Shown: positions 28,588 through 38,380, numbered from the stretch's first letter. The stretch: 64,000 bases of DNA from Verrucomicrobiales bacterium (GCA_043757865.1 JAYVOP010000169.1:628-64627), one strand, 5' to 3'. Numbers and translations: made by a program. The notes: generated by a model not told the origin, from the letters alone.

Positions 28588-29813
28588 GGCTGGAAGGCCG
28601 TGGCGTTTAGCGGTAAACGCTGCGCATACTGCTGCTCATGGAGCCATGCAGCAGCGATGCGCTCCGCCAAGGTGGCCTCGCTTTCCTCGTTAGTAAAGGG
28701 AACGCACGCACCGCCGCCGACTTGCGCCAGCAAGGAAACTACGGAACTAGCCGCGTGAAACACCGTCAGCAACGGACGCCCCGCTAGCAGATAGGGGTAA
28801 ATTTTGGAAGCCGTGTAACCGGGATCATCGGACCCGAAAACTAACAGCGCTGAGGCATCTCGCAGGCAGGCTAGCACTTCTGAATACGGGAGGCGTTGGG
28901 TGCGTTCGTTGACCAAATGCGCTAGACCATATTCTGCGGCTATCGGCAGCACACCCGGCGGCACATCCGCTCCGCCGCCATAGCGCGTGCCTAGAAAATG
29001 GAGCCGCAGTTTCTGCAAAAGTTCCGCTGGTGCATGATCCCGCAGCGCTCGAAAGAAAGCCCGGAAAGTAGCCTCCATGGCTGGAATGACCACGCCCGCA
29101 TAGACCCAATGAATGGTGTCAGCAGACGGTGTAAAGATTGTCTGCGCAAGCCGCTGGTCAACCACGCGAGCGAAATCCCTAGCATCTCCCGGAAACGGCT
29201 GCACCAACGCTGGCAGGCGAGCCGCCCACGGATAACGCGCCACGATCTGCTGCGGGTAGGCCGGAGAAACGGCAGTAATGCCGCTGCATTCCTTGAGCAC
29301 CGCAGGCTCCATGCGACGGTGCAGGTAGTCCATGATGCCATGCTTCAAACGCCCTCCAGGGGGCACGATCTCGGGGTGCTCCCGGTAGTAATCATTGACC
29401 CATGGGTCTTGGTAATCCATGGCGAAGGGCACCCCGAAGCGCTTTTTCCAACGCACCCCTAACGGATGAATGGCAAACACCGTGGTGGAGAAATAGACTA
29501 AATCAAAGCGGCCACCAGCCAGCAGCTCATCCCCTTTCCGCGCCAGCGCTCCCCGCGCCCGAAACGCCAGCGAACCCAAGCCCGGCAGCCGACTCCATCG
29601 CCGCCCTAACGCTTTCACGCGATGCACAGGCACATCCTTCGGCAGGCCATCCGCCAGCCATGGGTCTTCGCTAAAGCCCGTCTCCGCAGGCTCCACCGCC
29701 AGCACCTCCACCGCCACACCTAGCCCAGCCCAATACGGCACCAGCAGCCGCACGCGATGCAGATCCGCCGCGTTCGTCGGCGGGAAATGTGGGGAAATGA
29801 TGAGCAGTCGCAT
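28494..29813 (-). CDS. Glycosyltransferase (GT-B fold, GT4-like)
   Basis: The N-terminus MRLLIISPHFPPTNAADLHRVRLLVPYWAGLGVAVEVLAV is typical of a GT-B N-terminus. The C-terminal motif is weaker. Confidence 0.6.
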   Translation of the reverse strand: MRLLIISPHFPPTNAADLHRVRLLVPYWAGLGVAVEVLAVEPAETGFSEDPWLADGLPKDVPVHRVKALGRRWSRLPGLGSLAFRARGALARKGDELLAGGRFDLVYFSTTVFAIHPLGVRWKKRFGVPFAMDYQDPWVNDYYREHPEIVPPGGRLKHGIMDYLHRRMEPAVLKECSGITAVSPAYPQQIVARYPWAARLPALVQPFPGDARDFARVVDQRLAQTIFTPSADTIHWVYAGVVIPAMEATFRAFFRALRDHAPAELLQKLRLHFLGTRYGGGADVPPGVLPIAAEYGLAHLVNERTQRLPYSEVLACLRDASALLVFGSDDPGYTASKIYPYLLAGRPLLTVFHAASSVVSLLAQVGGGACVPFTNEESEATLAERIAAAWLHEQQYAQRLPLNATAFQPYTAAASALCFADFFRGLLTAGTAPGELAAK

Positions 29814-29827
29814 GGGGCTATCGAGTG

Positions 29828-29884
29828 AGCCGACTTAGGAGGCAGGAATGTGCTGAGTCATGACGCTAGCCTCCAAAGTCGGCT
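29828..29884. repeat. Long imperfect inverted repeat (16-bp stem with 1 mismatch and a 25-nt loop) between the FkbM and GT genes
   Basis: The left arm agccgacttaggaggc (29828-29843) pairs with the right arm gcctccaaagtcggct (29869-29884). No U tract follows on the minus strand, so it is not a classical terminator. Confidence 0.7.
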
Positions 29885-29907
29885 GCTACTAGAAGTTACA
29901 ACCGTGA

Positions 29908-30738
29908 CTACCCCGGCACCGCACGTAGATGGCAGACGGCGGGCTCCGTTTGATAGTCTGGGGCGCGGCCCGTTTGCAGGACGGTGATCTGGTAGCCGTG
30001 GCCTTGGAGAAATTCTGTGCACTGCCGTGCAAGGTCGTGGGAATGCGCTTCGATGTAGAAGCTAGGATGATGCTGCGTGATGAGTTGCTGCGCGCCTTGC
30101 AGCACCAGGAACTCCGCGCCCTCCACATCGATCTTTAAAAGCTGCGCAGGCTGGATTTTCCCCGCCGCTATGAGGCCGTCCAGCGTCTCTAGCTGCACGC
30201 GGATACTGCCCGCAGCGGCATCGCCACTATCAAATGTGCTGTGACCTAGCTTGCCCATGCTAGACTCTGGCATCACGGTAAAAGTCGTCTCGCCAGCGGC
30301 ATCCGCTAGGGCATAAGGAAAGAGCGTGATCGGCAAGTTAGGGTTCAGCGCTATCATCTTGCGGATCTGTGCTTGGTTATCTGGCAGGGGCTCGAAGACG
30401 GCCACGGCAGCGGCTTGCTGGCAGGCCATGACACCGGAAAAGAAGCCCCGGTAGCCGCCAATGTCATAGCAGACAGCACCCGGCGTGACGGCAGCGGCTA
30501 ACGTCTCGGAGAACGATTGCTCATAGTTGCCTAGCCAAATTTGTTTATCCTGCGGCAGTTCCACGGGATAGACCAATCCACCCGCCGGGCCACCCTTGAT
30601 ACGGTGGTCAAACGCCGCCCCGTCCATGTGCTTGGCCATGAGGTGTTGCTGGAATTGTTTGAGGCCAGGAATGTATTTGATCCAGCTCCGAAGACGATAC
30701 GGGATTAGGCTTGCTGCGGATTGAAGAAGTTGGCTCAT
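29908..30738 (-). CDS. FkbM family methyltransferase
   Basis: The motifs YDIGGYRGFFSGV, VFEPLPDN and LLKIDVEGAEFLVLQGA...HHPSFYIEAH are FkbM motifs. Confidence 0.8.
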   Translation of the reverse strand: MSQLLQSAASLIPYRLRSWIKYIPGLKQFQQHLMAKHMDGAAFDHRIKGGPAGGLVYPVELPQDKQIWLGNYEQSFSETLAAAVTPGAVCYDIGGYRGFFSGVMACQQAAAVAVFEPLPDNQAQIRKMIALNPNLPITLFPYALADAAGETTFTVMPESSMGKLGHSTFDSGDAAAGSIRVQLETLDGLIAAGKIQPAQLLKIDVEGAEFLVLQGAQQLITQHHPSFYIEAHSHDLARQCTEFLQGHGYQITVLQTGRAPDYQTEPAVCHLRAVPG

Positions 30739-31961
30739 GGAAATGGGAGGAGGGTGGAAAGATGGATTTTAAAACGGTCCATTTGGGTCTCCCGATTCCC
30801 TTCCTGGAGGGCGTAGATGCGGGCGTTGGTGCGTAGTTGTTGGAGGAGGGCGGGGTTATCATTGAGGTGAATAATCTGTGCTTTCAAGGAAGCGGCGGAA
30901 CCTGGGGTAAAAAGCAAACCTGCTTGGCTTTTCGTCACCACCTCGTGGAGGCCTGGGAGGTCACTGGAGAGCACGGCTAGGCCAGCCATCATGTAGTCAA
31001 ACATTTTATTCGAAACGGTCAATTCGTGGTTTCGGTTTCCATCCCGCTCTAGGCATAGGCCGATGGTGTGGCCCGCCGCAGCTAGCACGGCCTGATCAGG
31101 GGCGTGCGGGGGCAGAATGTGGACGCGATGCTCCAACCTGCGTTGCGCGATCTCTGCCTTGAGTCGGACGCCGTTATCGAATCCGAGGCGGCCTTGGAGA
31201 TGGAGGGTAATCTCTTCTGGGAGATCCACGAGCGCATCCAATGCTTCGGCTAGGCCCCGTTGGCTGACGCCCAGGACGGAGTTGCGCCAGTAGAGTTTGA
31301 TTGGCGCGGGGGGTGAGAGGGTGAGCTCGGCTAACTGGCTAGGGCAGTTGTAGAGGGAAAGGAACTGAGTGCAGCCATAGGCTTGCTGGTAGGCGGCGGA
31401 GACTTGCGGGCTACTCGTGGTCAGCAGCGCGCACTGGGGCAGTCCTTGGCTTTCCAATTTCCGGATAGCCACACGCAAGGTGGAGGCCTGCCCTTCACCC
31501 ATATCAGAGTAGAATTCCATGCAATCGAAAATGAGCTGCCCTCCCTTGGGTAGAGCGAGCATGGCTGGCAGTAGCATTTCGGTGTTATGGGCATGGATCA
31601 CATCGGGCTGTAATGTGCGGAGGCGTTGAGTTAGTCCGACAACATTTGGGGAGAAGAGGGCTGGCAAAAGTTTGCCAGTAGCCTGGAAAATGAGCTGGGC
31701 GAGATGACTGGAAAGTTTGTTTCGCACTAACTTTAGGAGCCCACTGGTTTTGGTGGGATAGGCGTGGCTAAGCCACTGGAGATTAGGTAAATCCCCTAAA
31801 ACGGGGGTGGGGATGCGTTTGAAGTTTAGCGGGGAGCAGTCGAGGAAGGTGACCTCACAATCTGGGCGAAGTTCAGCTAGAGCTCGGGCATGGCGCGGGC
31901 CCCGTGGTTCTGCATCCGCCCGGTAGGGGGTGCAGACACAGATCCTCAGTTTACGCGGCAT
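30735..31961 (-). CDS. Glycosyltransferase family 4
   Basis: The pattern is GT-B. The stop overlaps the next gene's start as ATGA (30735-30738). The track start at 31976 is TTG. I prefer the ATG at 31961 (MPRKLRICVCTPY). Confidence 0.7.
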   Translation of the reverse strand: MPRKLRICVCTPYRADAEPRGPRHARALAELRPDCEVTFLDCSPLNFKRIPTPVLGDLPNLQWLSHAYPTKTSGLLKLVRNKLSSHLAQLIFQATGKLLPALFSPNVVGLTQRLRTLQPDVIHAHNTEMLLPAMLALPKGGQLIFDCMEFYSDMGEGQASTLRVAIRKLESQGLPQCALLTTSSPQVSAAYQQAYGCTQFLSLYNCPSQLAELTLSPPAPIKLYWRNSVLGVSQRGLAEALDALVDLPEEITLHLQGRLGFDNGVRLKAEIAQRRLEHRVHILPPHAPDQAVLAAAGHTIGLCLERDGNRNHELTVSNKMFDYMMAGLAVLSSDLPGLHEVVTKSQAGLLFTPGSAASLKAQIIHLNDNPALLQQLRTNARIYALQEGNRETQMDRFKIHLSTLLPFP

Positions 31962-33108
31962 TACATTCACGCTCAAGGATGGTGACGATCTGAGCAGCCG
32001 CGTCCCCCTTGCCGTAGGGATTGGCTAACTGACAGCGGCGGCGGTATTCGGCTGGATCTTGAAGCAGTTGATTAGTGGCTTGGCAGATGGTGTTAGGATC
32101 AGTACCCACTAAGACACAAGTGCCTGCGATTACGCCCTCCGGACGTTCCGTCGTTTCGCGCATGACGAGGACGGGTTTGCCGAGGCTGGGGGCTTCTTCT
32201 TGGACTCCGCCGCTATCACTCAGGATGAAATGGCAGCGGTCCATGAGCCAGATGAAGTCTTCGTAGGCGGCGGGCTCAGCTAGGCAGATGCAGGGGTGTT
32301 CGCCAAGCAGGCGCTGAACTGGTTCGCGGACATTGGGATTCAGATGCACTGGATAAAGAATGCCGAGGTCCGGGTGCTCTCTGGAGATGCGACTGAGGGC
32401 GGTGCAGATGTCCTCGAATCCTTGCCCGAAGGACTCTCTACGATGGCCGGTGACGAGTAGCCAACGGCTCTCAGGCCGCTCCAGATACTGGGCGCGGAAG
32501 TGGTCTGCAATCCCCATCCTAGCAGCTATCTGAACCGCATCTCCAGGGATCTGCCGCAATTTCTCCCGGACCCAAAGGAGTGAATCGATGACCGTATTCC
32601 CGGTCACATGAATGCTCTGCGGCGGGTGGTTTTCCCGGAGTAAATTTTGCCGACTCAACTCCGTGGGCGCGAAATGCCAGCGGCAGAGCGGTGATGCGAG
32701 GCGGCGGTTCATTTCTTCTGGGAAGGGGGACTGCATGTCGCCTGTGCGCAGGCCAGCTTCGACATGGCCAACGGGAATGTGATGATAAAATGCCGCCAAA
32801 CTGGCTGCCAGCACGGTGGTCGTGTCGCCCTGCACGAGCACGGCGGCGGGCGCAATGGTGCGGAGGTAGTGTGAGATTTTTAGTAAAGCTTTGGCGTTGA
32901 GTTCGACGAGGGTTTGCCCGGGGGTCATAAGGTTGAGATCATGGTCCGGGGTGATGCTAAAGACGTCGAAGGTCTGCCGTAGCATTTCCCGGTGTTGTCC
33001 GGTGCTTAGAAGCACCGGGGTCAAGGTTGTGGAAGCTTGGAGCGCGCGATAGATTGGCGCAATTTTGATGGCTTCAGGGCGAGTGCCTACGATGAGAAGG
33101 ATGTTCAC
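31951..33108 (-). CDS. wecB: UDP-N-acetylglucosamine 2-epimerase (non-hydrolysing)
   Basis: The motifs NILLIVGTRPEAIKIAPI, HVEAGLRTGD and ILSDSGGVQEEAPSLGKPVLVMRETTERPEG are present. The start codon is GTG at 33108. Confidence 0.9.
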   Translation of the reverse strand: MNILLIVGTRPEAIKIAPIYRALQASTTLTPVLLSTGQHREMLRQTFDVFSITPDHDLNLMTPGQTLVELNAKALLKISHYLRTIAPAAVLVQGDTTTVLAASLAAFYHHIPVGHVEAGLRTGDMQSPFPEEMNRRLASPLCRWHFAPTELSRQNLLRENHPPQSIHVTGNTVIDSLLWVREKLRQIPGDAVQIAARMGIADHFRAQYLERPESRWLLVTGHRRESFGQGFEDICTALSRISREHPDLGILYPVHLNPNVREPVQRLLGEHPCICLAEPAAYEDFIWLMDRCHFILSDSGGVQEEAPSLGKPVLVMRETTERPEGVIAGTCVLVGTDPNTICQATNQLLQDPAEYRRRCQLANPYGKGDAAAQIVTILERECNAA

Positions 33109-33191
33109 GGGATAGAGGGGACGGGCGGGTGCCGGAGATCAGGTTGAGGTTAGCTCCCCCGCTGAGGTTTGCGACCTCTGGAAGCGAGCCA

Positions 33192-33470
33192 CTAAAGTAG
33201 GACTATCGATACCGACAAGGTTTTCCACCTAGTAACCGAAGTGTTCCAGAAAGGAAATAAGATCATTATTACGGAAACCCACGGTCGTTGTAAATCTTCG
33301 TACGCCTCAATCACAAGCAACGGGCGATGATTCGCAAGCAGATCTCCAACCCCTCTTAACGCCAGTTACTCGGCCTCTTCGATGTCGATCTGGATGGCCC
33401 GAACCCTCTCCAACTGCGGGTGGTGAGGATTTCGCTGAGGCTGCTTAGCGGCACTTTCATTGTGGTTGGG
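33192..33470 (-). pseudogene. Remnant of an FkbM-family methyltransferase gene (C-terminal fragment with an in-frame stop)
   Basis: My minus-strand translation reads ...PQLERVRAIQIDIEEAE*LALRGVGDLLANHRPLLVIEAYEDL.... This parallels LLKIDVEGAEFLVLQGAQQLITQHHPSFYIEAHSHDL in the intact FkbM gene at 29908-30738. The in-frame TAA lies at 33365-33367, and the N-terminal two thirds are absent. Confidence 0.55.
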
Positions 33471-33540
33471 GTGGGAGACAAGCTTTAATCCACCTCCGTA
33501 AGCGCTGGCAATGGGTAGGCACACCCATGTTTATAAGCTG

Positions 33541-34689
33541 CTAGCGGATGCTTTTGGAGGGATTGGAGACAACTGAGGAGGACTCACATGGGCTGATGGA
33601 AGTGGAAATGAATTTATCTGATCCTCGGGGTAGCTTCTGGAGCAACGGCCGTTCCAGGCAGACGTGGGCGAGCAGGCCTGCTAGCAACGTGATGGTGATG
33701 ATGATCGGCGTGATGAGGTGGGTGCCATAACGCGTTAGTAATTGTTGACTCCCGGCCACTTTATACAACACCGAGAGCACGGGGCCATGCACGAGATAGA
33801 GCGAATAAGAGGCATCTCCCAGCAACGCCATTCCGCGATACGGCCCGCTGCGGGCAATGGCTAGGCCGCCTTGGCGATCCAACATGGTGGAGGCAACGAT
33901 GATCACAAATGACAGGCTGCCGTAGAGCAGGACGTGCTCGCTGCGAGCGAGTTCGTAAATGGGGCCGGGAAATAATCCGGTGCTGAGGAATGCCACTAAT
34001 CCCATGACTAGCAGCACGATGCACGCACCCCGTGGCAGGCGGCTAGTCGGCATTCGCGCCACCAACCATGCGGCTAGGCAGCCGATCAGGAACTCGAAAT
34101 TCTGCGGCCACCACAGCAGGTGTATCACCGGATTTTCAAAACGATGCGGCCCACCTAACGACATGATGACACTGCCGATGACGCCCACGATCCACACGCC
34201 GATGATGGGCCTCGCATAGCGGGGACGGAGGCCGATGAGGAGTGCGAACCACAGGTAAAATAACATTTCATGGCGCAAGGACCAACCCGCCACCAGAATG
34301 GGCGAGCGGGTCATGGGCAGTAGCAGCAAGGAGCCTGCAATAATGCTTGGCTGCGTTTCATCCCCCTGGCCGTAATGCGCCACGATGAAGTAAACGGGCA
34401 GGATCAGCAGGGTGACTAACCAGTAGATGGGAAAGATGCGCACGACGCGTTTCCGCAAATAAGTGGCTAGGCGATGGGGCTGGGCGAAGTCGCCTTGGTG
34501 AATGTAGAAGATGAGGAATCCGCTGAGGACAAAGAAGAAATCCACGCCTGCATTTCCCATGGCAAAGAAGCTGCCGAGGAATGGCTGGCCGTGTTGATCC
34601 GCTGTGATGCCCGTAGCATGGACTAGCACCACTAACACGGCGGCCCAGCCACGGAAGATCTGGAGCAGGCTGAAATTTACTTTATTCAT
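33541..34689 (-). CDS. Acyltransferase family 3 (membrane O-acyltransferase)
   Basis: The start is trimmed to the ATG at 34689 (MNKVNFSLLQIFRGWAAVLVVLVHA). The motifs GVDFFFVLSGFLI and SYSLYLVHGPV are present, with about 10 TM segments. Confidence 0.8.
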   Translation of the reverse strand: MNKVNFSLLQIFRGWAAVLVVLVHATGITADQHGQPFLGSFFAMGNAGVDFFFVLSGFLIFYIHQGDFAQPHRLATYLRKRVVRIFPIYWLVTLLILPVYFIVAHYGQGDETQPSIIAGSLLLLPMTRSPILVAGWSLRHEMLFYLWFALLIGLRPRYARPIIGVWIVGVIGSVIMSLGGPHRFENPVIHLLWWPQNFEFLIGCLAAWLVARMPTSRLPRGACIVLLVMGLVAFLSTGLFPGPIYELARSEHVLLYGSLSFVIIVASTMLDRQGGLAIARSGPYRGMALLGDASYSLYLVHGPVLSVLYKVAGSQQLLTRYGTHLITPIIITITLLAGLLAHVCLERPLLQKLPRGSDKFISTSISPCESSSVVSNPSKSIR

Positions 34690-34703
34690 CGGTCCAATTT
34701 GTC

Positions 34704-36182
34704 TCAGACCGGATGCGGCAGCAGGAGCAGCCGCCGGGCGACCTTCTGCATGGGCACATAGTTCAACCAATGGTGCAGGCGGTTGCGGAAACAGACGCGC
34801 AATACCAGCACGTAGCCGATGCAGAAGCCGAGGCTGGCCAGGATGCAGGGGACCAGGGCGGTGGTGCCGGATTGGCCGCAGATTTGCAGGATTCGCATGG
34901 TGCCTAACGCGGAGAGCCAAGCAGCGGCGGCTCCGGTGGCCACGGGCATCAGCCAGCCTGCTAGGGTGATGCCTTCAGCTTGGCGCAGCCAGCGGGTAAC
35001 GGCTAGGAAGACGCTGACCTGCACGCCGATCATGGCTTGTAAATAGCGGTCGAGGCCATGCGGCAGCGCCCAGTAGAGAGCGGCGGCGGTGCCCACGAGG
35101 TTGGCCATATCAGCATAGAAACATTCCCGTTGGCGGCTGCGGGCGATCAGCAAATTATACACGGCTAGGTAAAGGGAAAAGGCGATGCCCCAGCCCATGG
35201 CCCACGGGATAAGCGGGATAATGGCCGCCCATTTCCTTCCATACACTAACATGACTAGCGGAGTCGCGGAAATCACAAAGGCCACTCCGGTGGGGATGGC
35301 CATCCAAACGATGGTCTGCACCACGAGGCTGCCCACCCTAGCCGGATGTCCGGCACCTCCGTCCACGCGGGCGAGGATAGGGTAAAGGGAACTGAGCAAC
35401 TGCGCAGCGATGTTGATACAGAACATTTGCGCCAGCCCTAACGAGCGATTGAGCACGCCCAGGACATCGAAACTGAGCATCCCGCCGACCACCATGGAGA
35501 TTAGCATTTGCCGCCCGTAGAAAGCCATGCCGCTGCCCATGCGGCCTACCGCAAAGCGCGCGGTGGGCGCATACCGCGCCCAGGACCACTGCCAATTAGG
35601 ACGCCAGTGGGCTTTGACCCACAGATCATAAGCGAAGGGCAGGGTGGTGCAGAGGCCAGGCACTAACAGAGAATAGGTGCCGCAGCCCGCCCAGGCCATG
35701 ATGATGGCTAGCAAGGTGCTGGCCAACATGCCGATGCCGTGGAGGATGCGCAGGCGTTTCCAATTGAAGCTGCGTTCCAGCATTTTCAGGCGGAATTCTT
35801 TGGGCACGCCGAGGATAAAGGTGGCGGACATCACATGCACGAACGGGGCTAGCTCGCGCCAGCCCGGCAGCCACCAAAAAACGATGCCGATGATGTTGAT
35901 GACCACGAACATGGCGAGATTTAACACCACGGAGGCGGTGAAATGATCTTGCCAGGGGACTTCCTCGTGTTCTTTGAGCTGTAAGCTGTGGACCACGAAG
36001 TTGGTCATGGCGAAGATGTTAATAAAGCTAACTAAATCCCCGATGAAGCTCATGTGACCATAAGCGCTCTGCGGCAACAGCCGAGCCAGAATGCTCGTGG
36101 TCACGAACTGGAGCGCCATGCTGAGGATATTGAATCCAGCATTCCAGATGACCGATGAGCGTGCGGAGGAGGCGAGGGACAT
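34704..36182 (-). CDS. Polysaccharide flippase (Wzx/MOP superfamily)
   Basis: The protein is 492 aa with about 12-14 TM segments. The N-terminus SSVIWNAGFNILSMALQFVTTSILARLL is typical of polysaccharide biosynthesis (Wzx-type) proteins. Confidence 0.65.
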   Translation of the reverse strand: MSLASSARSSVIWNAGFNILSMALQFVTTSILARLLPQSAYGHMSFIGDLVSFINIFAMTNFVVHSLQLKEHEEVPWQDHFTASVVLNLAMFVVINIIGIVFWWLPGWRELAPFVHVMSATFILGVPKEFRLKMLERSFNWKRLRILHGIGMLASTLLAIIMAWAGCGTYSLLVPGLCTTLPFAYDLWVKAHWRPNWQWSWARYAPTARFAVGRMGSGMAFYGRQMLISMVVGGMLSFDVLGVLNRSLGLAQMFCINIAAQLLSSLYPILARVDGGAGHPARVGSLVVQTIVWMAIPTGVAFVISATPLVMLVYGRKWAAIIPLIPWAMGWGIAFSLYLAVYNLLIARSRQRECFYADMANLVGTAAALYWALPHGLDRYLQAMIGVQVSVFLAVTRWLRQAEGITLAGWLMPVATGAAAAWLSALGTMRILQICGQSGTTALVPCILASLGFCIGYVLVLRVCFRNRLHHWLNYVPMQKVARRLLLLPHPV

Positions 36183-36192
36183 AGCGTGCTTG

Positions 36193-37284
36193 CTAGGGCG
36201 CTGCGGCGGCCCAGCGCTTGCGGAACTGCAAGAACGGGCGTTCGACGAGGTAGTAGGAGGCCGTGGCGGTTAGGAAAACGGGCAGCAGCCAAGTGGAGAA
36301 ATATTGCCACAAGGGACGGTTCCAGCCGAAATCTGCGGGATCAGCGCAGAAGAATTGTTGCCAGATATAAAGCGAGTAAGACAAGCGCCCGACCCAAGCA
36401 ACCAGGGGGATATTTAACAATCGGAAGAGGCTTATCTGTGGGCATGCTATGCTGATAGAGAGGAGCACGCTGAAGCCAAGGGCTTCCATCAGTGGCCGGA
36501 AGGGCTTGGTAATGAAACCTGCCTTAAGATTATGCTCTAGCACATACGGAATGAGTATGAGGGCGGCGGCGGCTAGGTAGATCCAGGTCGGGCGAGAGAC
36601 ACGCCATCGAGCCTGCAAGGCGGGATGGAGGAATGCCAGGAGGCAGCCGATGGCGAGGCTATCCAGCACATTTCCCAGGGAATACATGGAGAAAAGGGGA
36701 TTGCTAGGAAAGAGTTTGAGATAGGTAACAACGCGCCAGAGCGGGCTGAGCACCAGCGGCACGCAGAGGATAATCCACGCGCGTTTCGGGCGCAGGCACA
36801 GGCCACCGAACACGAGGAGGGGGGGCCAGAGAAAGTAAAATTGTTCCTCACAAGAAAGGCTCCATAAGTGACCGATGAGCCAGGGCCGCGTGGGCATGAA
36901 ATTTACTGTGAATGTAAGTAAGTGCGCCCAGGTGGTGGCCGTTTGCTGGGCCGTGGAGAACCATTGCAATGCGGCTACGAAGAGCAGGAACGCGCCATAC
37001 ACGGGCAGGAGGCGCAGGGCGCGTCGGAGATAGAAGGCCCGCAGGCTCACGCGACCATACTGGGCGTGCTCCCGCAGCATGAGGGTGGTGATGAGGAAGC
37101 CGCTGATAAGGAAAAAGATGCGCACGCCCAGACCACCATCGAAGAGCCACGTCACGTTATGCTCGTAGCTAGCCGCTAGCCCCGGCACCATGATGCTGTG
37201 GTTTCCTAGCACCAGGAGGATGCTGAGGGCGCGCCAGCCATCTAGCGATGGCAGGTGGCCTTTTCCGTAGGAAAGTGGGGGCAT
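36193..37284 (-). CDS. Acyltransferase family 3
   Basis: The motifs LDGWRALSILLVLGNH, GVRIFFLISGFLIT and SYSLYIWQ are present. The ATG at 37284 shares one base with the upstream TAA (TAATG). Confidence 0.8.
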   Translation of the reverse strand: MPPLSYGKGHLPSLDGWRALSILLVLGNHSIMVPGLAASYEHNVTWLFDGGLGVRIFFLISGFLITTLMLREHAQYGRVSLRAFYLRRALRLLPVYGAFLLFVAALQWFSTAQQTATTWAHLLTFTVNFMPTRPWLIGHLWSLSCEEQFYFLWPPLLVFGGLCLRPKRAWIILCVPLVLSPLWRVVTYLKLFPSNPLFSMYSLGNVLDSLAIGCLLAFLHPALQARWRVSRPTWIYLAAAALILIPYVLEHNLKAGFITKPFRPLMEALGFSVLLSISIACPQISLFRLLNIPLVAWVGRLSYSLYIWQQFFCADPADFGWNRPLWQYFSTWLLPVFLTATASYYLVERPFLQFRKRWAAAAP

Positions 37285-38273
37285 TAGAAATCTGTGCGGT
37301 AACGCAGGCGGGAGGACCAACGCTGGGCGGGCATTTCCACCCAGCGATAAAAGGCCCACGCGGCGAGCAGGGAAACAATGAGGGCGAGGCCAGTGACGAG
37401 CATTTGTGCGCCTATGGTTTCCAGCGGATAGCGTTTGGCGAGGTTAATCACCCGGCCACCGATGGGCACGTGCAGCAGATACAGCGAATAAGAAATGGTA
37501 CCGGGCCACGTTAGCCAGCCAGGAAGGCCGCAGCGGACGCAGCTAATAGCCACGGCGGTAAGGGTGCCCATAAGCATTTCGGGGCAACCGAGGGAACGAA
37601 CACCGATCACTGCGGCCACCGCCAGCGCGAGGGCGAACTGCCCGCAGTTGATTTTACTTTGGTGATACAGCAGCATCAGGAGGCCTTGGACAAAGAGGGG
37701 TAGGTAGCGGATGATCCACACGGTAGGCACGGGCAGACAGGCCAGCGCGAGGAGCGCGCCTAGTAAGCAAAGGAAACGCGCACGGGCACCATTGAGCCCG
37801 CCCATGAGCAGCGCGATGAGGAGGTAAAACTGCAACTCTATGGCCAAGGTCCAATACACGGGCTGCAGCCATTCAGAGCCGCAGATGCTTACCAGGAGCA
37901 ACGGATGCAGGAGGAACTGCACGACGCTGTAGTCCGGTGGCTGACCCTGGAAACTAGCCGCTAGGGTGGACAGTTTTCCTAGCGCCACCACCACGATGAT
38001 GCTGGCTAGGAAGGGGATGTGGAGGCGGATCAGGCGCTTTTGCAAGAAACGCAAGCCGTGCTCCCGAATCCGATAGTCTAACCGACACAGCGAGTACGGA
38101 ATGACGAATCCACTGATCACAAAGAAGCAATCCACGCCCAGCCGACCTTGATTACAGATTTGTTGAAAGACTGTGGGGGCCAGCGCATTGGTGAAATGAA
38201 ACAACGCCACAGCTACCGCCGCAAATCCCCTCAGGGCATCCAGGATGTGGAGTCGGGTGGGAGCGGTGGGCAT
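37284..38273 (-). CDS. Acyltransferase family 3
   Basis: The motifs LDALRGFAAVAVALFHF, GVDCFFVISGFVI and SYSLYLLHVPIG are present. Confidence 0.8.
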   Translation of the reverse strand: MPTAPTRLHILDALRGFAAVAVALFHFTNALAPTVFQQICNQGRLGVDCFFVISGFVIPYSLCRLDYRIREHGLRFLQKRLIRLHIPFLASIIVVVALGKLSTLAASFQGQPPDYSVVQFLLHPLLLVSICGSEWLQPVYWTLAIELQFYLLIALLMGGLNGARARFLCLLGALLALACLPVPTVWIIRYLPLFVQGLLMLLYHQSKINCGQFALALAVAAVIGVRSLGCPEMLMGTLTAVAISCVRCGLPGWLTWPGTISYSLYLLHVPIGGRVINLAKRYPLETIGAQMLVTGLALIVSLLAAWAFYRWVEMPAQRWSSRLRYRTDF

Positions 38274-38310
38274 GTTGAGTGCGTGATAAATAAAATTTAA
38301 CCATAAGAAT

Positions 38311-38373
38311 CACAAAGATTACAGCGACTAAGCAAAGCGCTTTGTTAAGTCTTGGATCCTTGTAATCTTTGTG
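38311..38373 (-). repeat. Nested inverted repeat: perfect 13-bp arms enclosing a 12-bp palindrome. It may be a terminator or structured RNA downstream of the four-helix-bundle gene
   Basis: The arm cacaaagattaca (38311-38323) pairs with tgtaatctttgtg (38361-38373). The inner palindrome caaagcgctttg lies at 38333-38344. The flanks are AT-rich. Confidence 0.6.
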
Positions 38374-38380
38374 TTTAAAC

